A stretch of 64,000 nt of DNA from Methanomassiliicoccales archaeon. Its GTDB lineage: Archaea > Thermoplasmatota > Thermoplasmata > Methanomassiliicoccales > UBA472. Both the position numbers and the translations under genes were made by a program. The stretch spans positions 70,202 through 134,201 of the forward strand of contig JAVBWG010000006.1 of assembly GCA_036677555.1 (NCBI GenBank), given 5' to 3'. Shown here piece after piece: positions 18,277-26,238 of this stretch. How positions within the stretch are numbered: position 1 is the first letter of the stretch; each line of letters starts with the position of its first letter. Under the pieces are notes generated by a model. The model had not been told where the DNA came from. It saw only the letters and a program-made list of their open reading frames with translations, and ran no database searches.

Positions 18277-19242
18277 ATGAACAGAAAATCGGTGGCGATC
18301 GTCCTTGTGATCGTTGTGGTGATCGCAGCAGTCGGCGTGGCATTCCTCTTGATGCCCCCCGATGAGGGCGAGATGGACCTGACCGTGGCCTACTCGGAGA
18401 AGATGAACTATGAGACGCTGATGGTCGCCAACGACAAGGGATACTTCGATGATGTGGGATTGAACGTCACCCCGGCCATCGTGACCGGCGGCATCCAGGC
18501 TGCGGAGGCAATCGTGACCGGCTCGGCCGACGTGGCCGCGATGGGGGACGCGCCTGCCGTGCAGCTCATCAGCAAAGGCATCGGTGCCAAGATAATCGGT
18601 CGCATCGCCGGTGCCGAGGGAATGCACCGCATCATCTCGGACGTCAACATCACCGCACCTGAGGACCTGAACGGCAAGAAGGTGGGCATGCAGCAGAGCT
18701 CCAGCTCGCACGGGGCGTTCATACAGTGGTGCGACGCCAATGATGTCAACACCGGCAACCTGACCTTCGTTTACCTGAACCCCAGCTACCTGGCGGAGGC
18801 AATGTACTCGGGCGAGATCGATGCCATGGTCGGAAGCGAGCCATGGGCCATCAATACCGAGAACCTGTGCGGCGGCTCGGTGCACGAACTTGGCAGCTCG
18901 TCCGGTCTGGGGAGCTCTTTCCCCATTGTTCTGGTGGCATCTCATAAGGCCATTTCCGAGAAGGGCGAGGCGCTCTCCCGCCTGCTTGAAGCCATGGACA
19001 TGGCCAATGATCACATCAACGCCGAATGGAACGATTCCATGGCTATATGCGCATCCCTCACCGGCCTCAGCTTTGATGACCAGTCAAAGGGCAGCGGCCT
19101 GCAGTTCTTCGAGCTGGGGTTCAACGCCACCGATGTGCAGAGCATCACCATGACCGCCATGGGCCTGGTGGACTTCGGAAAGATCAACGCCGTGCCGGTC
19201 ATAATGGACCACGTGGACCTTACCCACCTGCCGGAGGAGTGA
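18277..19242 (+). CDS. ABC transporter substrate-binding protein, NMT1/THI5/SsuA-like, TM-anchored
   Basis: N-terminal anchor AIVLVIVVVIAAVGVAFLL, followed by an SsuA/NMT1-like pattern (LTVAYSEKMNYETLMVANDKGYFDDVGLNVT, GSADVAAMGDAP). Confidence 0.75.
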   Translation: MNRKSVAIVLVIVVVIAAVGVAFLLMPPDEGEMDLTVAYSEKMNYETLMVANDKGYFDDVGLNVTPAIVTGGIQAAEAIVTGSADVAAMGDAPAVQLISKGIGAKIIGRIAGAEGMHRIISDVNITAPEDLNGKKVGMQQSSSSHGAFIQWCDANDVNTGNLTFVYLNPSYLAEAMYSGEIDAMVGSEPWAINTENLCGGSVHELGSSSGLGSSFPIVLVASHKAISEKGEALSRLLEAMDMANDHINAEWNDSMAICASLTGLSFDDQSKGSGLQFFELGFNATDVQSITMTAMGLVDFGKINAVPVIMDHVDLTHLPEE

Positions 19243-19246
19243 ACCA

Positions 19247-20308
19247 TTGGGGAGCAACGGGCGCCAGCTGTTCATGCGTTCCCTTGGGGACGAAATCCCT
19301 GAGGTCCCGCCGGTGTTCCTGCGGGACCTCACCCTGGGCCTCGATGAGACGGGATATACCACGCCGGAGGTCTGCGCAGGCGCCTACGATGCGGACAAAT
19401 CTGCAAGGTCCGTTCTGGCGCTGCATGAGCGATTGGGCCAGGACGCAGTCGTCGGCTGCATTCACTACGTGGGGCTGGAGATAGGGGCCCTTGGGGGGCA
19501 GGTGAAGTATCCCGAGCGGGGGATACCGAGCGTGGTGCGCCACCCGTTCCAGGATTCCGCCGACCCTGACCTGGTCCAATTGGACATGCGCCGGGAGGCG
19601 CCCTTTCCGAACGTGGCAGGGAGCTATCGCCTGGTCAGGGAGGGTCTCCAGGGTTCGGCGGCTCTCGTCTGCAACATCGAAGGCCCGGTGACCAAGGCTG
19701 CGCTGCTCAGGGGGATGGAGAACCTGGCCATGGACATGTACTTCGACAAGGGCCTGGCCGCCGAATACGTCGATTATGCCACAGGCCTCTCCATGGAGTT
19801 CCTTAAGGTCATCGCCTCCGAGACGGAACTGGACTGCTCGTTCCTGGCCTCGGCTTCCGACAACCCTGACATCTTCGGCCAGGAGGCGTTCCGTCGATTC
19901 ACGGTTCCCAACCTGGGCCGTCTGGTGCGCACAGCGGACGAACTCGGCCTGCCGACGGTCTTTCATCCGCACGGTGATCTCAGTTCACCGCAGAACCTGC
20001 CGCTGATGGAGGACATCATCGCCACGGGCGCGAGGGCGTTCCAATTCGCGGAGCGCAACGACCATATGCTGCTCAGGGAGGCGGCGGGGGGAAGGATCTC
20101 CCTCATGGGGGGCATCGACGCCTTCTCCACCCTGCTGCTGGGGCCGGCGGACCGGATCGTCCGGGAGACGGAGGGATTCCTTAATGACTTCCGTCCCTGG
20201 GACCGCTATGTGTTCATGTGCTCGTGCTCGCTGCACCGCGGCATGCCCCTTCAGCATGTGGACGTCATGATGGAGGCCGTCAGGAGGTTCGCTAAGAAAG
20301 GCATATGA
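19247..20308 (+). CDS. Uroporphyrinogen decarboxylase (URO-D) family protein, MtaA/MT2-like
   Basis: Length and overall pattern fit URO-D/MT2 TIM-barrel proteins: GCIHYVGLE, VCNIEGPVT, FHPHGD, MGGID, FMCSCS. TTG 19247 lies 8 nt after GGAGGAG; an alternative ATG is at 19274. Confidence 0.6.
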   Translation: MGSNGRQLFMRSLGDEIPEVPPVFLRDLTLGLDETGYTTPEVCAGAYDADKSARSVLALHERLGQDAVVGCIHYVGLEIGALGGQVKYPERGIPSVVRHPFQDSADPDLVQLDMRREAPFPNVAGSYRLVREGLQGSAALVCNIEGPVTKAALLRGMENLAMDMYFDKGLAAEYVDYATGLSMEFLKVIASETELDCSFLASASDNPDIFGQEAFRRFTVPNLGRLVRTADELGLPTVFHPHGDLSSPQNLPLMEDIIATGARAFQFAERNDHMLLREAAGGRISLMGGIDAFSTLLLGPADRIVRETEGFLNDFRPWDRYVFMCSCSLHRGMPLQHVDVMMEAVRRFAKKGI

Positions 20309-21195
20309 ACCACGGGGTGCCATATGTCCGATGCATGGCCCCGCCGGACGTCTCCGAAAAACCGCCTTGGCTGAGGACCAGGGCCGGACTGGCATCGGGC
20401 ATCGGCGTCCGGGAGGCCTTGGGGGGCCTCCGAACGGTCTGCGATTCATCCCGCTGCCCCAATCTGGGTGAATGCTGGGGAAAGGGGCATGCCACCTTCA
20501 TAATCCTGGGAAGCAGATGCACGCGCTCCTGCGCCTTCTGCGCCGTTCCATCGGGAGAACCGTCCGATGCAGATGAGGGCGAAGCGGAGAGGGTGGCCGA
20601 GGCCGTGAAGCGGTTGCGCCTCCGCCACGCGGTGATCACCTCGGTGACCAGGGACGACCTCCCGGATGGCGGGGCGAGGATCTTCGCCGATACCGTCAGA
20701 CAGATCAGATGGAACTGTCCGGGCACGACCGTCGAACTGCTGATACCCGACCTGCAGGGTGACCGGAAGGCCCTGGAGACCATCCTGGAGTCATCGCCTG
20801 ACGTATTGGGCCACAACCTGGAGACGGTCCGTTCGCTGCAGTGGATAAGGGACAGGAGGGCCAGCTACCGCCGCTCCCTGAACGTCCTGGCCACGGTCAG
20901 GGAGATATCGCCGGCCGCCATCACAAAGAGCTCCCTGATGCTGGGCCTGGGCGAAGGCAGGGACGAGGTGCTGGAAGCGTTCAGGGACCTGCTGGAGGTT
21001 GGGGTGGACCTTCTGACCCTGGGGCAATACCTTCCGCCAAAAGGAAGCTCCCTCCCGCTGCGCAGGTACGTCCCGCCCGAGGAGTTCCAGGAGCTGGAAA
21101 GGACCGCCAGGGGCCTGGGGTTCAGGGGAGTCCGCTCCGGACCGCTGGTCCGATCATCGTATGACGCTTATGCATTGTTCAAAGAGGTGATGTAA
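20305..21195 (+). CDS. lipA: Lipoyl synthase
   Basis: N-terminal cluster CPNLGECW, radical-SAM CTRSCAFC, and C-terminal RSSY. The ATG overlaps the upstream stop (ATATGA). Confidence 0.9.
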   Translation: MNHGVPYVRCMAPPDVSEKPPWLRTRAGLASGIGVREALGGLRTVCDSSRCPNLGECWGKGHATFIILGSRCTRSCAFCAVPSGEPSDADEGEAERVAEAVKRLRLRHAVITSVTRDDLPDGGARIFADTVRQIRWNCPGTTVELLIPDLQGDRKALETILESSPDVLGHNLETVRSLQWIRDRRASYRRSLNVLATVREISPAAITKSSLMLGLGEGRDEVLEAFRDLLEVGVDLLTLGQYLPPKGSSLPLRRYVPPEEFQELERTARGLGFRGVRSGPLVRSSYDAYALFKEVM

Positions 21196-21196
21196 A

Positions 21197-22252
21197 ATGC
21201 TGACAGAGGAATTTGATCCGCTCAGGGGAGATATGTTCCGCGTGATGGATGAGGAAGGCAATGTCGAGAAAGGCCGTATGCCCAAGATATCCAAGGAGCT
21301 CCTGCTGAAAGCCTACCGCACCATGCTGCTCACCCGGATGGCGGACGAGAAGGCCGTCAAGCTGCAGAGGCAGGGCCGGTTGGGCGCCTATCCGCCCAGC
21401 AAGGGTCAGGAGGCCAGCCAGCTGGGGCCGGCCATGGCCCTGAAGGAGGAGGACTGGCTGGTGTGGGCCTTCCGGGAGATGGGCGCGTTGCTCTGGAAGG
21501 GCATACCGCTGAGCACCCTATACCTCTATTGGATGGGAAACGAACTTGGCAACGTCTATCCTGATGGAGCGAGAGCAACCCCGTCCGTTGTACCGGTGGG
21601 CTCCCAGATATCCCATGCGGTGGGTATTGCATACGCCAGCAAACTCAGGGGGGAGAAGAGCGTGAGCCTTGCCTACTTCGGAGACGGCGCCACCTCGGAG
21701 GGGGATTTCCACGAAGGGCTGAACTTCGCCGGGGTCTATCGGACGCCGAACGTGTTCGTATGCCAGAACAACCAGTTCGCCATATCCACCCGGAGGTCCA
21801 GGCAGACGGCGTCCCCCACCATCGCACAGAAGGCGGCGGCGTACGGATTCCCGGGAATCCTGGTGGACGGGAACGATATACTGGCCATGTATGCGGCGTC
21901 CAAGGAGGCCGTCGAGCGCGCCCGGAATGGGGAAGGTCCCACGCTGATCGAATCCTACACCTATCGTCTGAGCGACCATACCACCTCGGACGATTGGCGC
22001 AAATACCGTTCCAAGGAGGAGGTGGCCGAATGGGAGCGCAAGGACCCCCTCAAGAGGTTCGGGACGTACCTCGCCGCTCAGGGCATGCTCAAGGACCCTG
22101 AAGGATTGACCAGGGAGCTGGGCGAGCTGGTGGAGAAGGCGGCCGCGGAGGCGGAGGCCGTGCCTGCGCCCGGCCGATCCGATGTGTTCGTCCACACTTA
22201 CGCCGAGATGCCGCCCTACCTCCGGCGTCAGATGGGGGGTGACGGGCAATGA
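21197..22252 (+). CDS. 2-oxoacid (pyruvate/branched-chain) dehydrogenase E1 component alpha subunit
   Basis: Close pattern match to Gram-positive PdhA / Thermoplasma E1alpha: QRQGRLGAYPPSKGQEASQ, TPP motif GDGATSEGDFHEGLNFA...VCQNNQFAIST. Confidence 0.9.
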   Translation: MLTEEFDPLRGDMFRVMDEEGNVEKGRMPKISKELLLKAYRTMLLTRMADEKAVKLQRQGRLGAYPPSKGQEASQLGPAMALKEEDWLVWAFREMGALLWKGIPLSTLYLYWMGNELGNVYPDGARATPSVVPVGSQISHAVGIAYASKLRGEKSVSLAYFGDGATSEGDFHEGLNFAGVYRTPNVFVCQNNQFAISTRRSRQTASPTIAQKAAAYGFPGILVDGNDILAMYAASKEAVERARNGEGPTLIESYTYRLSDHTTSDDWRKYRSKEEVAEWERKDPLKRFGTYLAAQGMLKDPEGLTRELGELVEKAAAEAEAVPAPGRSDVFVHTYAEMPPYLRRQMGGDGQ

Positions 22253-23214
22253 TGATGAACATGGTGCAGGCCATCAATGCCGCTCTGGCCGGGGAGATGG
22301 AACGTGACCCTTCGGTGGTCATCCTGGGCGAGGATGTCGGCGTCGACGGCGGCGTCTTCCGGGTCACGGACGGGCTTCTGGATCGTTTCGGGGAGCAGCG
22401 GGTCATGGACACCCCCCTGGCCGAAGCCGGCATCGCCGGAGTGGCCATCGGGATGGCCTTCAACGGCCTCCGGCCTGTCGCCGAGATCCAGTTCATGGGC
22501 TTCTCGTATCTCACGCTCAATCAGATGATCAATCATGCTGCCCGCATGCGCAACCGCACCAGGGGAAGGATCACCGTGCCCATGGTGCTGCGCATGCCCT
22601 ACGGCGCCGGCGTCAAGGCCTTGGAGCACCATTCCGAGAGCACCGAGGCGCTGTACGCGCAGATACCGGGGCTCAAGGTCGTGGTCCCTTCCACGCCCCT
22701 GGAGGCCAAAGGGCTTTTGACGTCATCAATACGCGACCCGGACCCGGTCATCTTCCTGGAGCCCACCCGCTCGTACCGCATGCTCAAGGAGGAGGTGCCG
22801 GACGGCGAATACCTGGTGCCGCTGGGAAAGGCCAGGACCGTGCAGGAGGGCGATGACGTCACAGTCATCGGATGGGGGGCGATGATACCCCTCATCCAGA
22901 GGGCGGTGGCGGAGATGCAGGCATCGGTGGAGATAATCGACCTGCGCACCATCTCCCCCATGGATTCGGATGCGGTGGTCGATTCCGTCAGGCGCACCGG
23001 AAGGGCGGTGGTGGTGCATGAGGCCCCGCGCTCCTTCGGCCCCGGGGCGGAGATAGCCTCCCGCATATATGAGGGGGCGATCCTGCAGCTGGAAGCGCCC
23101 GTGGAGCGCGTGGCCGCCCCGGACATCACGGTTCCGCTGCCGAAGGGCGAGGACCACTATTATGTGAACGAGAGGATGATCAGGGACGGCATCGAACGAA
23201 CGCTGAGGTTCTAG
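22249..23214 (+). CDS. 2-oxoacid dehydrogenase E1 component beta subunit
   Basis: GEDVGVDGGVFRVT, RVMDTPLAEAGIAG and the transketolase C-terminal pattern. 4-nt overlap with E1alpha. Confidence 0.9.
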   Translation: MMMNMVQAINAALAGEMERDPSVVILGEDVGVDGGVFRVTDGLLDRFGEQRVMDTPLAEAGIAGVAIGMAFNGLRPVAEIQFMGFSYLTLNQMINHAARMRNRTRGRITVPMVLRMPYGAGVKALEHHSESTEALYAQIPGLKVVVPSTPLEAKGLLTSSIRDPDPVIFLEPTRSYRMLKEEVPDGEYLVPLGKARTVQEGDDVTVIGWGAMIPLIQRAVAEMQASVEIIDLRTISPMDSDAVVDSVRRTGRAVVVHEAPRSFGPGAEIASRIYEGAILQLEAPVERVAAPDITVPLPKGEDHYYVNERMIRDGIERTLRF

Positions 23215-24456
23215 GTGGTCATGATGGCAACTGAGTTCAGGTTTCCGGACCTAGGCGAGGGGATCGCCGAGGGGGAGGTCAAGAAATGGCTGGTGAAGGT
23301 CGGCGACACGATCGCCAAGGACCAGTCCCTGGCCGAGGTGGAGACGGACAAGGCGGTGGTGGAGATACCGTCGCCGGTGGCCGGAAAGGTCCTTCGTCTG
23401 GACCACAAGGAGGGGGAGCTGGTCAAAGTCGGCGAGGTGCTGGCGGTCATCGGCGATGATGGCGAGACCGTCCGAAGCGCGAAGGCCCCGGAGCCGGCGG
23501 CGATCGAGGAGAGGCCTCCATCGGTGTCCGTGGTGGGCGAACTCCCCACGGATGAGGTGGTGGTCACCTCGGTAACCCAGAAGCGGTCGCCGCGGGACGT
23601 CAGGGCCATGCCGGCGGTGCGCAGGGCCGCCCGCGACCAGGGTGCGGACATAACTGCCGCCCGGGCGAGCGGTCCCAGCGGGCAGGTGCTGATATCTGAC
23701 CTGGAGTCCAGGCCGGCCCCCAGGACGGTGCCGAAGTTCGACATCTACGGCTATGTGGACAGGGTGCCCATACGCGGCATCCGGCGCACCACGGCCAAGA
23801 GGATGCTCGAATCGCAGGCGCGCACGGCCGCCGTCACCAGCATGGAGCAGGCCGACGTGACGCGGTTGGTGGGGATGAGGGAGAGGCTCAAGGGGCCGAT
23901 GAAGGAGCAGAAGGGGGTGAATCTCACCTACATGCCGTTCATCGTCACCGCCATCGTCCGAGCGCTCAAGATGCATCCCCTGCTGAACTCGATGATCGAT
24001 GATGAGCGCGAAGAGCTGATCATCAAGAAATATTACAACATCGGGGTGGCGGTGGCCATCGACGACGGGCTGATGGTGCCGGTGATAAAGGCCGCCGACC
24101 AGAAGTCCCTCTGGGAACTGGCCGAGGAGATTGCGCTCCTGGCGAAGAGCGCCCAGGAACGCAAGATAGACCTGGCGGACCTGAAGGGGGGAACGTTCAG
24201 CATCACCAATTACGGCGTGTTCGGCGGCACGTACGGAACGCCGATAATCAACTACCCGGAGACGGCCATACTGGGGATAGGGAGGATAATGGACGGGCCG
24301 CTGGCGGTTGACGGGGTGGTGAAGGTGCGCAAGGTCCTGCCCCTGTCCCTGACCTTCGACCACCGCGCTTACGATGGGGCGGTGGCCGCCAAGTTCCTGC
24401 GCGACCTGGTGAGGTTGCTGGAGAACCCGGAGGAGCTGCTGCTGAACATGGAATGA
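23215..24456 (+). CDS. Dihydrolipoamide acyltransferase (E2) of the 2-oxoacid dehydrogenase complex
   Basis: Lipoyl domain (EVETDKAVVEIPSP), peripheral subunit-binding domain (AMPAVRRAARDQGADI), catalytic motif DHRAYDG. Start is GTG 23215 or ATG 23221/23224. Confidence 0.9.
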   Translation: MVMMATEFRFPDLGEGIAEGEVKKWLVKVGDTIAKDQSLAEVETDKAVVEIPSPVAGKVLRLDHKEGELVKVGEVLAVIGDDGETVRSAKAPEPAAIEERPPSVSVVGELPTDEVVVTSVTQKRSPRDVRAMPAVRRAARDQGADITAARASGPSGQVLISDLESRPAPRTVPKFDIYGYVDRVPIRGIRRTTAKRMLESQARTAAVTSMEQADVTRLVGMRERLKGPMKEQKGVNLTYMPFIVTAIVRALKMHPLLNSMIDDEREELIIKKYYNIGVAVAIDDGLMVPVIKAADQKSLWELAEEIALLAKSAQERKIDLADLKGGTFSITNYGVFGGTYGTPIINYPETAILGIGRIMDGPLAVDGVVKVRKVLPLSLTFDHRAYDGAVAAKFLRDLVRLLENPEELLLNME

Positions 24457-25206
24457 TCAGCGTTCGAACGTCCAATCGTCATTGGCATAGCGCAGCTTGG
24501 CGATGACCTCCGCCCTTGCCAGCTCATCGGAGGTGAGGTCCCCGGCGTACCATTCCCGGTTCATGATGAAGGCGTTGGCAATGGCCGCCGCCACATACTC
24601 CCAGGGGACCTTCCTCTGCTCCCTCACGCTGGTGACGCGTTCCGCCGGGTCGGCCAGGGAATGGGATTCCAGCTTGTCCTTCGGCACCTTGAGCACGGAG
24701 AACATCTTGGCCCGGTCCAGGTCGTAGATGAGCGTGCCATGCTGCATGAAGATCCCCTTTCGGCGGGACTGCGCGCTCCCGCTGATCTTCTTGCCGTTCA
24801 CCAGCACGTCGTTGATCGGCTCGAACGTCCCATCGATGCCGATGAGCTTGAGAGCATTTACCGTCCAGCCGCCTATCTCACGGTACGCTTCGTTGATGTC
24901 GGCCGGCATCATCTCCTCCGGGCAGATGACGCTGTAGGTGATCTCCCGGTCGTGGAACACCGCGCCTCCGCCGGTGCTCCTCCGCACAACGTCGACGCCG
25001 AGCCGCCGGCACCCTTCCAGGTCCACGACCTCGTCCAGCTTCTGGAAGCGGCCGATGCTCACCGCAGCGGGCTCCCAGCCGTAGAAACGCAAGGTCGGGC
25101 CGGCGACCCGGAAGGATACCGCCTCTGCGATCGCCTCGTCCAGCGCCATGTTGTAGGCCGCGCCGGCCTTCTCGTATCCGAGGACCCTCCATCTCTTTCT
25201 CAGCAT
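24457..25206 (-). CDS. lplA: Lipoate-protein ligase A, catalytic domain protein
   Basis: RRSTGGGAVFHD and GKKISGSAQ motifs. 249 aa without the C-terminal accessory domain, as in Thermoplasma LplA. Confidence 0.85.
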   Translation of the reverse strand: MLRKRWRVLGYEKAGAAYNMALDEAIAEAVSFRVAGPTLRFYGWEPAAVSIGRFQKLDEVVDLEGCRRLGVDVVRRSTGGGAVFHDREITYSVICPEEMMPADINEAYREIGGWTVNALKLIGIDGTFEPINDVLVNGKKISGSAQSRRKGIFMQHGTLIYDLDRAKMFSVLKVPKDKLESHSLADPAERVTSVREQRKVPWEYVAAAIANAFIMNREWYAGDLTSDELARAEVIAKLRYANDDWTFER

Positions 25207-25475
25207 CTCAATCCCCTCAGCAGGAAGGCCAGGTCAGACGGGCCGAAGCCCGCCGTCCGGCATCCGTTCCTTGACAGGTAATCAGATATATCGCCTTCCG
25301 GGTCCTCGGACCTCCAGACCTTCCTTTCGACAAGAAAGGTCTCCAGTCCCTCCAGCCCTTCCTCGGGATGAAAGAAGAAATCGCCGCTGATCCTGATGGC
25401 CTCGACCTCATCGTTCTGACAGGTGATGTCCAGGATCAGGGTCTTTCCTCCGGGGACCCTGAGCCTCCGTTCCAA
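25200..25475 (-). CDS. lplB: Lipoate-protein ligase accessory (C-terminal domain) protein, LplB-like
   Basis: 91-aa protein that overlaps the lplA start by 7 nt. Its position and size match the separate LplB of the bipartite Thermoplasma ligase. Assigned mainly by context. Confidence 0.6.
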   Translation of the reverse strand: MERRLRVPGGKTLILDITCQNDEVEAIRISGDFFFHPEEGLEGLETFLVERKVWRSEDPEGDISDYLSRNGCRTAGFGPSDLAFLLRGLRC

Positions 25476-25479
25476 CGGT

Positions 25480-25764
25480 TCACCCCTTGGCCCAGGCCAC
25501 CAGCTTGGCCATGTCGATGCGGCCGCAGATGGCCTTTCCCGTGACCTCGTTATAAAAGGCAGGAACGCCCAGGTCCCCGCCGCAGGCCGGGGCGATGGTG
25601 TCCGCCAGGGAGCGCATTAGCTTGGCGTTCTCCTCGTTGTGCCATACTTCCAGCCTCTCCAGCTTGATCCCCGTCTCGGCCTCGAACTGGTCGACCACCG
25701 GCGTCAGCTTGCGACAGTGGGGGCATTCCCTTCCATGGAACCAGATCAGTCTACTTCCGCTCAT
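25480..25764 (-). CDS. Thioredoxin-fold protein (CPHC active site), glutaredoxin/thioredoxin-like
   Basis: WFHGRECPHCRKL near the N-terminus, 94 aa. 4-nt overlap with the upstream FTR-like gene. Confidence 0.7.
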   Translation of the reverse strand: MSGSRLIWFHGRECPHCRKLTPVVDQFEAETGIKLERLEVWHNEENAKLMRSLADTIAPACGGDLGVPAFYNEVTGKAICGRIDMAKLVAWAKG

Positions 25765-26192
25765 TTGTCATCCCTCTTGACGAAAAGCCCGCACCAGCAT
25801 TCCCCCTCCTCCTTGAAGGTCGGCTGCCGGATGAAGTTGCATGGGCAGATGAGATTGAGGTCCTTGCCGCGATCGCCGGTGGTGATTCGGCAGGGGCAGT
25901 AGCGCTGCCCCTTCCCATTCAGGTTCTCCAGGACCCCTCTTGAAAGAAGCTCCACCTCGTCGGCCTTGTCCGTCAGCTTGATGGTCGCGCTCCGCTCGGA
26001 GAACTGCCTCCAGGCCGCCACGACCTTTGACTGGTCATCCAGGGGCGCGTGGTCCTTGCCGATTATCTCCAACGCCTCGCCGAGGTCCGAGAGCACGAAG
26101 GCGTTCTTCGCACCGCAGGTAGGACATACCTCCGGCGGCTTGTTGCCGAGGTGTATGTCATTGCAGACGTGGCATCTCCAAAGCTTCTTCAT
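25761..26192 (-). CDS. Rubredoxin-like domain fused to ferredoxin:thioredoxin reductase catalytic-subunit-like domain (FTRc/FDR-like)
   Basis: N-terminal CHVC-x14-CPTC rubredoxin-type knuckles. C-terminal CPC-x14-CPC-x13-CWCGLF resembles the FTRc CPC...CPC...CHCMLF motif. Confidence 0.7.
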   Translation of the reverse strand: MKKLWRCHVCNDIHLGNKPPEVCPTCGAKNAFVLSDLGEALEIIGKDHAPLDDQSKVVAAWRQFSERSATIKLTDKADEVELLSRGVLENLNGKGQRYCPCRITTGDRGKDLNLICPCNFIRQPTFKEEGECWCGLFVKRDDK

Positions 26193-26238
26193 TCTATCCC
26201 GGTAGCATACCGTGCCGCCAAGATAAAATGCTTAAGGT

